From assembly GCF_000009705.1 (NCBI RefSeq), contig NC_003272.1:1260001-1292000 (forward strand): DNA of 32,000 bases, given 5' to 3'. A program made the translations under genes and the position numbers. This document shows, piece after piece, positions 17,055-25,582 of the stretch; the first letter of the stretch is position 1; every line of letters starts with the position of its first letter. Source of the DNA: Nostoc sp. PCC 7120 = FACHB-418. Its GTDB lineage: Bacteria; Cyanobacteriota; Cyanobacteriia; Cyanobacteriales; Nostocaceae. The notes beneath the pieces are model-generated. The model saw nothing but the letters and a program-made list of their open reading frames with translations, made no database searches and had not been told where the DNA came from.

Positions 17055-18491
17055 TTAACCTCCTCCAAAAACTTCGACATCAGCAAATACACAAACTGGT
17101 GAACCATGTCCTACCCAAATAGATTGATTTGGTTCGCCTTTACCACAGTAAGGTGTACCGTACATTTGCCAGTTAGCATCATCACTGATTTGTACTAGAC
17201 TATGCCAAAATTCTGGTGTTGTGGCTCGATAGTTGGGATTACGAAGGGTTTTGGTTAGCTTACCATTTTCAATGAGTTTGGCATACTCACAGCCAAACTG
17301 AAATTTATAACGGCGATCGTCTATTGACCAGGAACGATTAGATTCCATATAAACGCCGTGTTCTATATCACTGATCATCTCATCAAAGGAGATGTTTCCT
17401 GGTTCTAAGTTTAAGTTTGCCATGCGGTCAATTGGTGGTCGATTCCAGGAGGAAGCGCGAGCGCAGGCTACCCCTGGAACTTTGGCTCTGGCTTGACTTT
17501 CTAAACTGCCTAAACCCCTTTGTAATACACCTTCTTTGATGACATATTCCCTTGTGGCGACTACGCCTGTATCATCAAATCCGTAACTGGCATATTCACC
17601 GGCAACAGTGGGGTCAAAGGTAATATTCATTAATGGCGAACCGTAGACTAGTTTGCCAAAATCACTGGTGTTGACGAAGCTACCACCAGCATAGTTACGC
17701 TCATCGCCTAAAATTCTGTCAATTTCTAAGGGATGTCCTACACTTTCATGAATTTGTAACATCATTTGGTCTGGGGCTAAAACCAAATGGGTGCGGGTGC
17801 TTGGACATTCTGTGGCGGTTAAGAGTTCTATGGCTTGTTCGCCTATTTGCCGTACTCTTTGCCATAGGTGGTCTTGTTTTAACAGTTCGATTCCGCCTTG
17901 ATAGCAGTGTGCTTGCCAGCCGTTATTGCTACGTTGTTGAACGATCGCCCCATCTTGAGCGATCGCGCCATAATGAGTACCTATGGACAAGAATTTTTGA
18001 TATACCTCAGAACCGTTGCTACTGACAAACCAACTCTGTTTTTCACTGGTGGAAGCGCTGGCGGTGGTTTGGACAATTTTTTCGTCCACTTTTAAGGTGT
18101 GGCAAATTCGCACCAACAAATCATTAATTTCCCCAGGACTAAGCGCATCTAATGGCTCTAAAAATGGGGAATTGTATTCACCCACCACCTTGGGGCGTTC
18201 AGTGTCACGGAACGGGTATATCCCCCACTGACTGGCTGCTAGTGCTTGTTTATAGGCTATTTCTGCCGCCGCTTGCAAGGATGATAATTCTAGGGAGTTG
18301 GTAGCCGCATAACCCAAGGAGCCATTGACCAAAACTTCTAACATGGCTCCGACTGTGGTTGATTTGCCGTTACTTTGGGGCAAACCATCACGGACATAAT
18401 GGTTAGCAGCAGTTTCTTTGACTACTCTAATACCGATCCAATCGGCAGGTATTTTAAAACTAGCGATCGCTTGTGTAAGTTCAGACCACAT
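17055..18491 (-). CDS. tldD: TldD-family zinc metalloprotease
   Basis: 478 aa. It has the HExxxH motif in IHESVGHPLE, the typical GYAATN and GxC segments and a C-terminal FGGG. Confidence 0.9.
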   Translation of the reverse strand: MWSELTQAIASFKIPADWIGIRVVKETAANHYVRDGLPQSNGKSTTVGAMLEVLVNGSLGYAATNSLELSSLQAAAEIAYKQALAASQWGIYPFRDTERPKVVGEYNSPFLEPLDALSPGEINDLLVRICHTLKVDEKIVQTTASASTSEKQSWFVSSNGSEVYQKFLSIGTHYGAIAQDGAIVQQRSNNGWQAHCYQGGIELLKQDHLWQRVRQIGEQAIELLTATECPSTRTHLVLAPDQMMLQIHESVGHPLEIDRILGDERNYAGGSFVNTSDFGKLVYGSPLMNITFDPTVAGEYASYGFDDTGVVATREYVIKEGVLQRGLGSLESQARAKVPGVACARASSWNRPPIDRMANLNLEPGNISFDEMISDIEHGVYMESNRSWSIDDRRYKFQFGCEYAKLIENGKLTKTLRNPNYRATTPEFWHSLVQISDDANWQMYGTPYCGKGEPNQSIWVGHGSPVCVFADVEVFGGG

Positions 18492-18494
18492 ATA

Positions 18495-18527
18495 TTCAAT
18501 TCAAAATTCAAAATTCAAAATTCAAAA
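18495..18527. repeat. tandem heptamer array (TTCAAAA)x4 preceded by TTCAAT; left inverted arm of the four-helix-bundle cassette
   Basis: Read directly. 18500-18527 is the exact reverse complement of 18896-18923. Confidence 0.85.
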
Positions 18528-18893
18528 TTATTTTTGACTATTTTGTTTGGTTTTAACAACTATTGCAGCAATTATCTTGATTAACTCATTGGTTTCGCCC
18601 AAAATTGGCAATAGTCTGTTTTCGGGGATCAATTCTGTAGCAATGAGAAGCCTGATCCAATATCTTGTTTCCCTCCCTTCTTTCAGCGCAATTTCTAGTT
18701 TGTGAACAAAATCTGCTGTACTTTGAGCAGCTTGGGATTCCTCAACATTGGCTCCAATTGAAGTTCCAGAACGTAGCAACTGTTTAGATATGGTTCTTGC
18801 TACTCCTGAAGTTTCATCAAGTACCTTGCAAAGATTGATAATCCGAGTAGCAAACTCAAATGTTCTGTCGGTAATAGCTTTGTGGTTACTCAT
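18528..18893 (-). CDS. four-helix-bundle protein ('23S rRNA intervening sequence protein' family)
   Basis: The sequence is MSNHKAITDRTFEFATRIINLCKVLDETSGVARTISKQLLRSGTSIGANVEESQAAQSTADFVHKLEIALKEGRETRYWIRLL... The family hallmarks are QLLRSgTSIGANveE, DF..KL.IA.KE..ET.YW. I prefer the ATG at 18893, because the track's longer ORF merely translates the heptamer array (KFKIQNSKFKK) and overlaps cysS. Confidence 0.85.
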   Translation of the reverse strand: MSNHKAITDRTFEFATRIINLCKVLDETSGVARTISKQLLRSGTSIGANVEESQAAQSTADFVHKLEIALKEGRETRYWIRLLIATELIPENRLLPILGETNELIKIIAAIVVKTKQNSQK

Positions 18894-18895
18894 CT

Positions 18896-18923
18896 TTTTG
18901 AATTTTGAATTTTGAATTTTGAA
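18896..18923. repeat. tandem heptamer array (TTTTGAA)x4; right inverted arm of the four-helix-bundle cassette
   Basis: Read directly. It lies between the cassette ATG (18893) and the cysS stop codon (18925-18927). Confidence 0.85.
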
Positions 18924-18924
18924 T

Positions 18925-20385
18925 TTAACTTCTGTGCCAACGAGTACCTTGGGGGCTATCAATTAAGGTTACACCTTGTGCTTGCAGTTCATTACGGATG
19001 CGATCGCTTTCGCTAAAGTTCTTGTTTTTTCTGGCGGCTTGTCTTTGCTCAATTAGCGCTTCAATATCTGTATCACTCAAACCCGCTTGTGTCTGGGTTT
19101 CATCATCTAGTTTGGCTTCTAAACCCAAGATTTTAGCTAAGGTGACAAGGGTGTTCCACTGGCGTTGGAGTTCATCGCTGGGGGTTTTGGTGGTTCCTTC
19201 ATGGACGAGAATATTACCCTCGCGGCGGAGTTCTTTGGCTAATTCAAACAGTACCGCCAAGCCACCAGAGAAATTAAAGTCATCATCGCCTAATTCTTGA
19301 AAACGGGTGGCGAGTTCAGGAATAATTGCAGATTCTTGACCCCAACCGAGCTTTTCACCATATTGATAGCCAAAGAGCAAACCTTCCTTGAGGGTTTTCC
19401 AGCTATTTTCGGCAGTGGCGATCGCTTCTTCTGTAAAATCTAAAGGCTTGCGGTAATGTGCCTGCAAGACAAACAATCTTACAGCCATCGGGTTTACGGG
19501 GTCTTCCTTCCAGCTACCGACCCCATCTAATAATTCTCGAATGGTGATGAAATTACCCAGAGATTTTGACATTTTCTGACCATTCACCATTACCATACCA
19601 TTGTGTGTCCAATAACGCGCCAATGGCTGATTCATGGCTGCTTCAGACTGAGCAATTTCATTTTCATGGTGGGGAAAAATCAAATCTCCACCACCACCAT
19701 GAATATCAATTGTTGCCCCTAGCTTAGAACGAATCATCGCCGAGCATTCAATATGCCATCCCGGACGACCTGCACCCCAAGGAGAATCCCACGCTGGTTC
19801 CCCTGGTTTTGCTGCCTTCCACAAGGCAAAATCAAAGGGATGTTGTTTTTTAGGTTCTGAATCTTCCGCATCTACCCGACCGCTAGCACCAGCCTGCATT
19901 TGTTCCAACTCTCGACCAGAGAGTTTGCCATAACTGGGAAAGCGTTCTACGCGATAATAGACATCCCCACCAACAGCGTAAGCTAGACCTTTTTCTTCCA
20001 GAATTTGGATTAATTGATGAATTTCGGGAATATGCTCGGTGACGCGGGGATATTCATCCGCATCCAGCACATTTAAACGGCGGATATCTGCAAAATAGGC
20101 ATCGATAAAGCGGTTTGACACCTCCGCCATCGTTAAACCTTGTTCTTTGGCACGGTTAAGAATCTTATCGTCAATATCAGTAAAATTTTGGATGTATTTA
20201 ACTCCAAAACCACGCCAAATCAAATAACGCCGGATTGTATCCCAAACAATGTAAGAACGTGCATGACCCAAATGGCAATAATCATAAACTGTCACGCCGC
20301 AGCAATACATCTTAACCTTACCTGGCTCTACAGTTTCCAAAGGTTCTTGACGGCGGGTGAGGGTGTTGTAAATCGTTAGGGTCAT
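18925..20385 (-). CDS. cysS: cysteine--tRNA ligase
   Basis: 486 aa. MTLTIYNTLTRRQEPL..MYCCGVTVYDYCHLGHARSY carries the HIGH-type motif, and KMSKSLGNF is the KMSKS motif. Confidence 0.95.
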   Translation of the reverse strand: MTLTIYNTLTRRQEPLETVEPGKVKMYCCGVTVYDYCHLGHARSYIVWDTIRRYLIWRGFGVKYIQNFTDIDDKILNRAKEQGLTMAEVSNRFIDAYFADIRRLNVLDADEYPRVTEHIPEIHQLIQILEEKGLAYAVGGDVYYRVERFPSYGKLSGRELEQMQAGASGRVDAEDSEPKKQHPFDFALWKAAKPGEPAWDSPWGAGRPGWHIECSAMIRSKLGATIDIHGGGGDLIFPHHENEIAQSEAAMNQPLARYWTHNGMVMVNGQKMSKSLGNFITIRELLDGVGSWKEDPVNPMAVRLFVLQAHYRKPLDFTEEAIATAENSWKTLKEGLLFGYQYGEKLGWGQESAIIPELATRFQELGDDDFNFSGGLAVLFELAKELRREGNILVHEGTTKTPSDELQRQWNTLVTLAKILGLEAKLDDETQTQAGLSDTDIEALIEQRQAARKNKNFSESDRIRNELQAQGVTLIDSPQGTRWHRS

Positions 20386-20558
20386 AACACGGTAACTTGG
20401 AAGAGATAGGCAATAATAGGATAAAGCAGCTGGACAAATATTCCAGCATCCCTATGCTAGTGTTTTCTGGACTATCTCCGCTACCATTTTGCCATTCTGC
20501 TCGAAACAAGCTGCCCTGAAAGTCCTCTCGTATCTTTTAATTTTGCGACCATATTGCT

Positions 20559-21683
20559 ATGCAATCAGCAGTCACCGATAATTCTCAACCAATGGATGCT
20601 CCTAAACAAGGAATGCCAGTCACGATTATTACTGGATTTCTCGGTAGTGGCAAGACAACTTTACTAAATCATATTCTCAGCAATCAACAGGGCTTAAAAA
20701 CCGCCGTTTTGGTCAACGAGTTTGGAGAAATCGGCATTGACAACGAGTTAATTGTTTCCACCGATGAGAACATGGTGGAACTGAGTAACGGTTGTATCTG
20801 CTGCACTATTAATAATGATTTAGTAGATGCTGTATACAAGGTTTTAGAAAGGGAAGAAAAGCTAGATTATCTAGTTGTAGAAACCACTGGACTAGCTGAC
20901 CCCCTACCAGTAGCCCTAACATTTTTGGGTACAGAATTGCGGGATTTAACCCGGTTAGATTCCATTATTACTGTAGTAGATGCAGCCAATTACAGTTTAG
21001 ATTTATTCAACTCGCAAGCGGCTTACAGCCAAATTGCCTACGGTGATGTCATTCTGTTGAACAAGACAGATTTGGTTGATGAAGCCAGCTTGAATGATTT
21101 GGAAAGAAAAATCAATGAAGTTAAAGAAGGTGCGAGGATTTTAAGAACGAAGCGATCGCAAGTTCCCCTCCCTTTAATCTTAAGTGTGGGTCTATTTGAG
21201 TCGGATAAGTATTATGATGCAGCCGATGAGCATAGTCACGACCACCATGACCACGACCACGACCATTCAGCTTGTGAGCATGATCATCATGACCATGATC
21301 ATTCAGCTTGCGGTCACGACCATCACGACCACGAACACCATCATCACCACTCCGACCATTTAGAAAACGATGGTTTCACCTCAATATCTTTCCAAAGTGA
21401 TCAACCTTTTTCGATTCGCAAGTTTCAATATTTCCTAGATAACCAGCTATCCACAAATATTTTCCGAGCCAAGGGGATTATGTGGTTTGATGAAAGTCCC
21501 AAACGTCACATTTTCCACCTCTGTGGTAAACGTTTTACTTTAGATGATGAAGAATGGAAGGGTGAACCAAAAAACCAAATAGTGTTGATTGGTCAAAATT
21601 TAGATCGTGAAACCTTACTCACTCAATTAGAAAACTGCGTTTGTCTTCCTTCTACCAGCAGAGGTCAAGGTTTTGGGAAATAG
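20559..21683 (+). CDS. COG0523-family (CobW/ZigA/YeiR-like) metallochaperone GTPase with a His-rich insert
   Basis: 374 aa. It has the P-loop GFLGSGKTTLLNHIL, the CxCC motif GCICCT, LLNKTDL, and the His/Asp/Cys-rich block HSHDHHDHDHDHSACEHDHHDHDHSACGHDHHDHEHHHHHSDH followed by a CobW_C-like tail. Confidence 0.9.
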   Translation: MQSAVTDNSQPMDAPKQGMPVTIITGFLGSGKTTLLNHILSNQQGLKTAVLVNEFGEIGIDNELIVSTDENMVELSNGCICCTINNDLVDAVYKVLEREEKLDYLVVETTGLADPLPVALTFLGTELRDLTRLDSIITVVDAANYSLDLFNSQAAYSQIAYGDVILLNKTDLVDEASLNDLERKINEVKEGARILRTKRSQVPLPLILSVGLFESDKYYDAADEHSHDHHDHDHDHSACEHDHHDHDHSACGHDHHDHEHHHHHSDHLENDGFTSISFQSDQPFSIRKFQYFLDNQLSTNIFRAKGIMWFDESPKRHIFHLCGKRFTLDDEEWKGEPKNQIVLIGQNLDRETLLTQLENCVCLPSTSRGQGFGK

Positions 21684-21731
21684 AACGGATAAGCTAATGT
21701 GCGCCTAAATTGCATAACTACTAATAAGGGA

Positions 21732-21767
21732 TGTTGACTGTTAACGGTTAACTGTTAACGGTCAACA
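21732..21767. repeat. palindromic heptamer array forming a ~16-bp hairpin
   Basis: Reads GTTGACT GTTAACG GTTAACT GTTAACG GTCAACA. It is self-complementary except at two pairs, which are G.U in + sense and A.C in - sense. A flanking 8-bp inverted repeat TTGCATAA...TTATGCAA encloses it. Confidence 0.75.
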
Positions 21768-21878
21768 GCCTTCACTATGGATTATGCAACTTAAAAGCAG
21801 AATAGCTTACTTGAGAACAAAAAATTCATATCTGGGGTAAGGGGATGAATAGACGTTGTACACAACATACATTATCTT

Positions 21879-21942
21879 CCCCCAGTACCCAATCCCCAAT
21901 CCCAATCCCCAATCCCCAATCCCCAGTCCCCAGTCCCCAGTC
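21879..21942. repeat. tandem heptamer array CCCCAGT/CCCCAAT (STRR1-like)
   Basis: About 9 units read directly. The unit matches the CCCCA(A/G)T short tandemly repeated repetitive sequence class described in heterocystous cyanobacteria. Confidence 0.85.
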
Positions 21943-22014
21943 GCCTAATTAATAACCTTTACTAATACATCAACTTTTATTGATGAATTTTTATGTAGAA
22001 TAGCCTCACCTTGG

Positions 22015-22047
22015 TTGACATATCAATTTTTTTTGAAATGATATAGA
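22015..22047 (+). promoter_or_regulatory. possible sigma70-type promoter for the pstS-like/ars cluster
   Basis: A perfect TTGACA lies at 22015-22020, followed by A/T-rich candidates for the -10 element (TGATAT/TATAGA, 22039-22047). The spacing is ambiguous and there is no transcript evidence. Confidence 0.25.
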
Positions 22048-22079
22048 CATACCTAAATATCACCATAAAGGTGGGGTAA

Positions 22080-23138
22080 ATGAAAACAACAGCAGAGAAA
22101 TTGGCTCTCACGCTGGGGATTTTTGCTGTCGTCAGTGGTTGCACAGCTACATCTAACAACTCGACTCAATCTCCGGAGTCAGCAAAAGTCACCGAAGTTG
22201 CTAATTCAACAAAAGTAGCAAGTGTGACAGTTGACGGTTCAAGTACAGTTTATCCGATTACCCAGGCGATCGCTCAAGAGTTTCAAGCAAACTCCAAAAA
22301 TAATCTCCAAGTTCAAGTGAATATTTCCGGTACTGGTGGCGGATTTGCCAAATTTTGTGCAGGGAAAACAGATATAAACAATGCCTCTCGACCGATTACG
22401 CAAGCAGAGATGGCAGATTGTAACCGCAACGGCATCAGGTATATAGAATTACCAGTGGCTTTTGATGCCTTAACTATCGCTGTGAATCCCCAAAATGATT
22501 GGGCAAAAGATATTACAATTGCCGAACTGAAAAAGATTTGGGAACCTGGGGCGGAAGGAAAAATTACCCGTTGGAACCAAGTACGGGCATCTTGGCCAGA
22601 TAGACCATTGAATTTATACGGTGCTGGTAAACAGTCTGGGACATTTGACTATTTTACAGAAGCCATCACAGGTAAGGCGAAAGCCAGCCGTAATGACTAC
22701 ACGGCTAGCGAAGATGATGAAGTTTTAGTTGCAGGTATTAGTAAAGACCCCAACGCGTTGGGTTACTTTGGCTATGCCTATTATGAAGAAAACCAAAAAA
22801 GCTTAAAAGTATTAGCAGTTGATAATGGCAAAGGTGCAATCATACCATCACGAGAAACAGTAGAAAAATCCAAATATCAGCCCCTTTCTCGACCTTTATT
22901 TATCTACGTCAATCCTTGGTCATCCCAAAATAAAAGTGCAGTTTATCAGTTTGCAGATTACTACATTAAACAAGCGCCAAAAACTGCCAAGGCTGTGGGT
23001 TATGTACCCTTATCCAGTGAAGCTTACCAAATTAATTATGTTCACTTAAATCAAGGTAAAGCAGGAACAGTATTTGCTGGTAAATCCCAGTTTGATTTAA
23101 CGCTTAGTGAATTACTACGCAAGCAAAAGCAATTTTAA
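22080..23138 (+). CDS. PstS-family phosphate-type ABC substrate-binding lipoprotein
   Basis: 352 aa with a signal peptide and lipobox (FAVVSGC). PstS-family motifs are VDGSSTVYPIT, SGTGGGF and NASRPI. Confidence 0.85.
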   Translation: MKTTAEKLALTLGIFAVVSGCTATSNNSTQSPESAKVTEVANSTKVASVTVDGSSTVYPITQAIAQEFQANSKNNLQVQVNISGTGGGFAKFCAGKTDINNASRPITQAEMADCNRNGIRYIELPVAFDALTIAVNPQNDWAKDITIAELKKIWEPGAEGKITRWNQVRASWPDRPLNLYGAGKQSGTFDYFTEAITGKAKASRNDYTASEDDEVLVAGISKDPNALGYFGYAYYEENQKSLKVLAVDNGKGAIIPSRETVEKSKYQPLSRPLFIYVNPWSSQNKSAVYQFADYYIKQAPKTAKAVGYVPLSSEAYQINYVHLNQGKAGTVFAGKSQFDLTLSELLRKQKQF

Positions 23139-23143
23139 TAAAT

Positions 23144-23178
23144 AGTTAACAGTTGACTGTTGACTGTTGACTGTTGAC
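23144..23178. repeat. tandem heptamer array (TGTTGAC)x4 (STRR-like)
   Basis: Read directly between the pstS-like stop codon and the GAPDH start. Confidence 0.8.
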
Positions 23179-23198
23179 TAATAAAAATAGGAAAACGC

Positions 23199-24212
23199 AT
23201 GAAAGTTCGTGTTGGTATCAACGGATTTGGTAGGATGGGGCGGCTGGCTTTGCGGGCTGCATGGGATTGGCCGGAACTGGAATTTGTGCATATTAATGAA
23301 ATAAAAGGTGGTGCAGTTGCAGCAGCCCATTTGCTCAAATTTGATTCTGTTCACGGACGCTGGACACCAGAGGTAGAAGCAGAGGGGGAACGTGTCCTGA
23401 TTGATGGTACTCCCCTGAGTTTTAGTGAGTATGGCAAACCAGACGATGTACCCTGGGAAGACTTTGGTGTTGATTTAGTCCTAGAATGTTCTGGCAAATT
23501 TCGGACTCCTGCAACCCTCGACCCCTATTTCAAGCGCGGGGTGCAGAAGGTAATTGTGGCTGCACCTGTGAAGGAAGAAGCCTTAAATATTGTCATGGGA
23601 GTGAATGACTATTTATATGAGCCGGAAAAGCATCATCTTTTAACTGCTGCTTCCTGTACAACCAACTGTTTAGCCCCAGTGGTGAAAGTGATTCATGAAG
23701 GTTTGGGGATTAAACATGGAATTATTACCACCATCCATGACAACACCAATACTCAAACCCTCGTTGATGCGCCCCACAAAGATTTACGGCGCGCACGGGC
23801 TACCAGTTTATCACTGATTCCGACCACTACAGGATCAGCAACAGCGATCGCCTTAATTTACCCAGAACTCAAAGGTAAACTCAACGGTATCGCTGTACGA
23901 GTACCACTGCTCAACGCTTCCCTCACAGACTGTGTGTTTGAAGTTACCCGACCAACCACAGTCGAAGAAATTAACGCACTCCTCAAAGCTGCATCTGAAC
24001 AAGCACCACTCCAAGGCATCCTGGGCTATGAAGAACGTCCTTTAGTCTCCATCGACTACAAAGATGACCCTCGTTCTTCCATCATTGATGCCCTTTCCAC
24101 AATGGTTGTAGACGAAACGCAAGTGAAAATTCTGGCTTGGTATGACAACGAGTGGGGTTACGTCAACCGCATGGTTGAACTCGCTCGTAAGGTTGCATTA
24201 AGTCTCAAATAG
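23199..24212 (+). CDS. gap: glyceraldehyde-3-phosphate dehydrogenase, ArsJ-associated type
   Basis: 337 aa. It has INGFGRMGR, the catalytic [10 protein letters not shown] and WYDNEWGY. An ArsJ-type MFS gene follows immediately. Confidence 0.9.
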   Translation: MKVRVGINGFGRMGRLALRAAWDWPELEFVHINEIKGGAVAAAHLLKFDSVHGRWTPEVEAEGERVLIDGTPLSFSEYGKPDDVPWEDFGVDLVLECSGKFRTPATLDPYFKRGVQKVIVAAPVKEEALNIVMGVNDYLYEPEKHHLLTAASCTTNCLAPVVKVIHEGLGIKHGIITTIHDNTNTQTLVDAPHKDLRRARATSLSLIPTTTGSATAIALIYPELKGKLNGIAVRVPLLNASLTDCVFEVTRPTTVEEINALLKAASEQAPLQGILGYEERPLVSIDYKDDPRSSIIDALSTMVVDETQVKILAWYDNEWGYVNRMVELARKVALSLK

Positions 24213-24260
24213 GGATTGGGTATCAGGTATCGGGGACTAGGTATTAGCTCAAAAGTAAAT

Positions 24261-24314
24261 CCCCCAGTTCCCAATCCTCAGTCCCCAGTCCCCAGTCCCC
24301 AATCCCCAGTCCCC
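24261..24314. repeat. tandem heptamer array CCCCAGT/CCCCAAT (STRR1-like) abutting the arsJ start codon
   Basis: Read directly. A G-rich partial complement (GGGATTGGG 24212-24220, GGGGACT 24232-24238) lies just upstream. Confidence 0.85.
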
Positions 24315-25577
24315 ATGACTTCCACTACAGCTTCTAAAGCCAATTTCAAAAACTATATTCTCGTAACTCTAGCCTATTGGGGTTTTACCATCACTGATGG
24401 CGCGCTGAGAATGCTAGTGCTGCTTTATTTCAACAAAATCGGCTACACTCCTTTACAAATCGCCTCTTTGTTCCTGTTTTATGAAATATTCGGTATTGTC
24501 ACCAACTTTTTAGGCGGTTGGATTGGCTCACAATTAGGATTAAAAGTTACTCTCTACACGGGCATTGGCTTACAGATTTTCTCTTTAGTGATGCTGGCAT
24601 ATCTAAATCCTAGTTGGGCGCAGTGGTTGGCTGTGATGTATGTGATGGCAGCTCAGGCGTTTTCAGGAATTGCCAAGGACTTAACCAAGATGAGTTCTAA
24701 AAGTGCGATTCGCTTGGTGGTTCCCCAAGATGACCAGTCTTCTTTGTTTAAGTGGGTAGCTATATTAACGGGTTCTAAAAATGCTCTCAAGGGAGTGGGC
24801 TTTTTTGTTGGTAGCGCCTTGTTGGGTTTGTTTGGCTTTGTCAATTCCCTGTTAGTTATGGCAGGGGGATTGTTACTGTTGATGTTTACTGGGTTAATGT
24901 TGCCTAAAGGTATGGGCAAAATTAAGAAGAAAGTTAAATTTAGCCAACTGTTTTCTAAGAGTCCAGAAATTAATATCCTCTCAGCCGCCCGTTTCTTTCT
25001 CTTTGGTTCGCGGGATGTCTGGTTTGTAGTGGCGTTACCAGTGTTCTTGCGCGAGGTTTTAGGTTGGTCGTTTTACCAAGTGGGTGGATTTTTGGCAGTG
25101 TGGGTGATTGGTTATGGCATTATTCAATCGTCTGCACCATCGCTGATTCGGCGATTTGGTTCTGGTCGTCCGCCACAATCAAAGACTATCCAATTTTGGA
25201 CATTGACACTAACTGCGGTTCCAGCTGCGATCGCCTTAGCTTTGCAATTTGGTGTACCTGCTAATTTTGCCATAGTTGGGGGACTGCTCGTGTTTGGTGT
25301 GGTGTTTGCGTTCAACTCTGCGGTTCACTCTTACTTAGTATTGGCGTTCACCGACGATGACAAAGTAGCCCTGAATGTTGGGTTCTACTATATGGCAAAC
25401 TCTGGCGGTCGATTAGCAGGTACGGTTTTATCTGGTTTGGTATATCAATGGCTAGGGTTGGTTGGTTGTCTGTGGACATCTACGTTTTTGGTATTAGGTG
25501 CAGCCGTAGTTTCCCTGAGATTACCAGATCCTAAACCAAGTAGAGCGAGCGCCTGGAAAGCTGGAGACGGAGATTAA
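24315..25577 (+). CDS. arsJ: MFS transporter of the ArsJ type (organoarsenical/1-arseno-3-phosphoglycerate efflux)
   Basis: About 12 hydrophobic segments. The N-terminus [47 protein letters not shown] matches my memory of ArsJ, and the gene is linked to GAPDH. I prefer the ATG at 24315, because the track's start at 24216 only translates the heptamer repeat (PQSPVPSPQSPVP). Confidence 0.8.
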   Translation: MTSTTASKANFKNYILVTLAYWGFTITDGALRMLVLLYFNKIGYTPLQIASLFLFYEIFGIVTNFLGGWIGSQLGLKVTLYTGIGLQIFSLVMLAYLNPSWAQWLAVMYVMAAQAFSGIAKDLTKMSSKSAIRLVVPQDDQSSLFKWVAILTGSKNALKGVGFFVGSALLGLFGFVNSLLVMAGGLLLLMFTGLMLPKGMGKIKKKVKFSQLFSKSPEINILSAARFFLFGSRDVWFVVALPVFLREVLGWSFYQVGGFLAVWVIGYGIIQSSAPSLIRRFGSGRPPQSKTIQFWTLTLTAVPAAIALALQFGVPANFAIVGGLLVFGVVFAFNSAVHSYLVLAFTDDDKVALNVGFYYMANSGGRLAGTVLSGLVYQWLGLVGCLWTSTFLVLGAAVVSLRLPDPKPSRASAWKAGDGD

Positions 25578-25582
25578 AAGCA

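Noticed and set aside
18528-18893. Diversity-generating retroelement accessory protein (Avd), since Avd shares this four-helix-bundle fold.
   Set aside because: No reverse transcriptase gene and no template/variable repeat pair lie anywhere near it in the window.
18894-18962. N-terminal extensions of the four-helix-bundle ORF (to 18962) and of the STAS ORF (13021-13089).
   Set aside because: The first translates the TTTTGAA array and overlaps the cysS coding end. The second adds 23 non-homologous residues. Internal ATGs give canonical family lengths.
20386-20558. A Zur operator upstream of the COG0523 gene and a T-box-like leader for cysS.
   Set aside because: No A/T-rich palindrome of the Fur-family type and no T-box specifier or antiterminator elements could be identified by eye.
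3591-23338. ORFs straddling intergenic regions or gene starts: 3591-3776, 3840-4070, 10559-10819, 18375-18584, 20318-20509, 21977-22159 and 23135-23338.
   Set aside because: They overlap the 5' ends of well-supported genes or translate repeat arrays. None has a ribosome-binding site or any family resemblance.
24216-24314. The track's upstream start for arsJ ([33 protein letters not shown]...).
   Set aside because: The extension is simply the translated heptamer repeat and its G-rich complement. The family-like sequence begins at the Met at 24315.
11514-24314. CRISPR array interpretation of the tandem repeat blocks.
   Set aside because: Units are 7-8 nt and directly abutting, with no spacers. 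No cas genes are present. They fit cyanobacterial STRR-type microsatellites.
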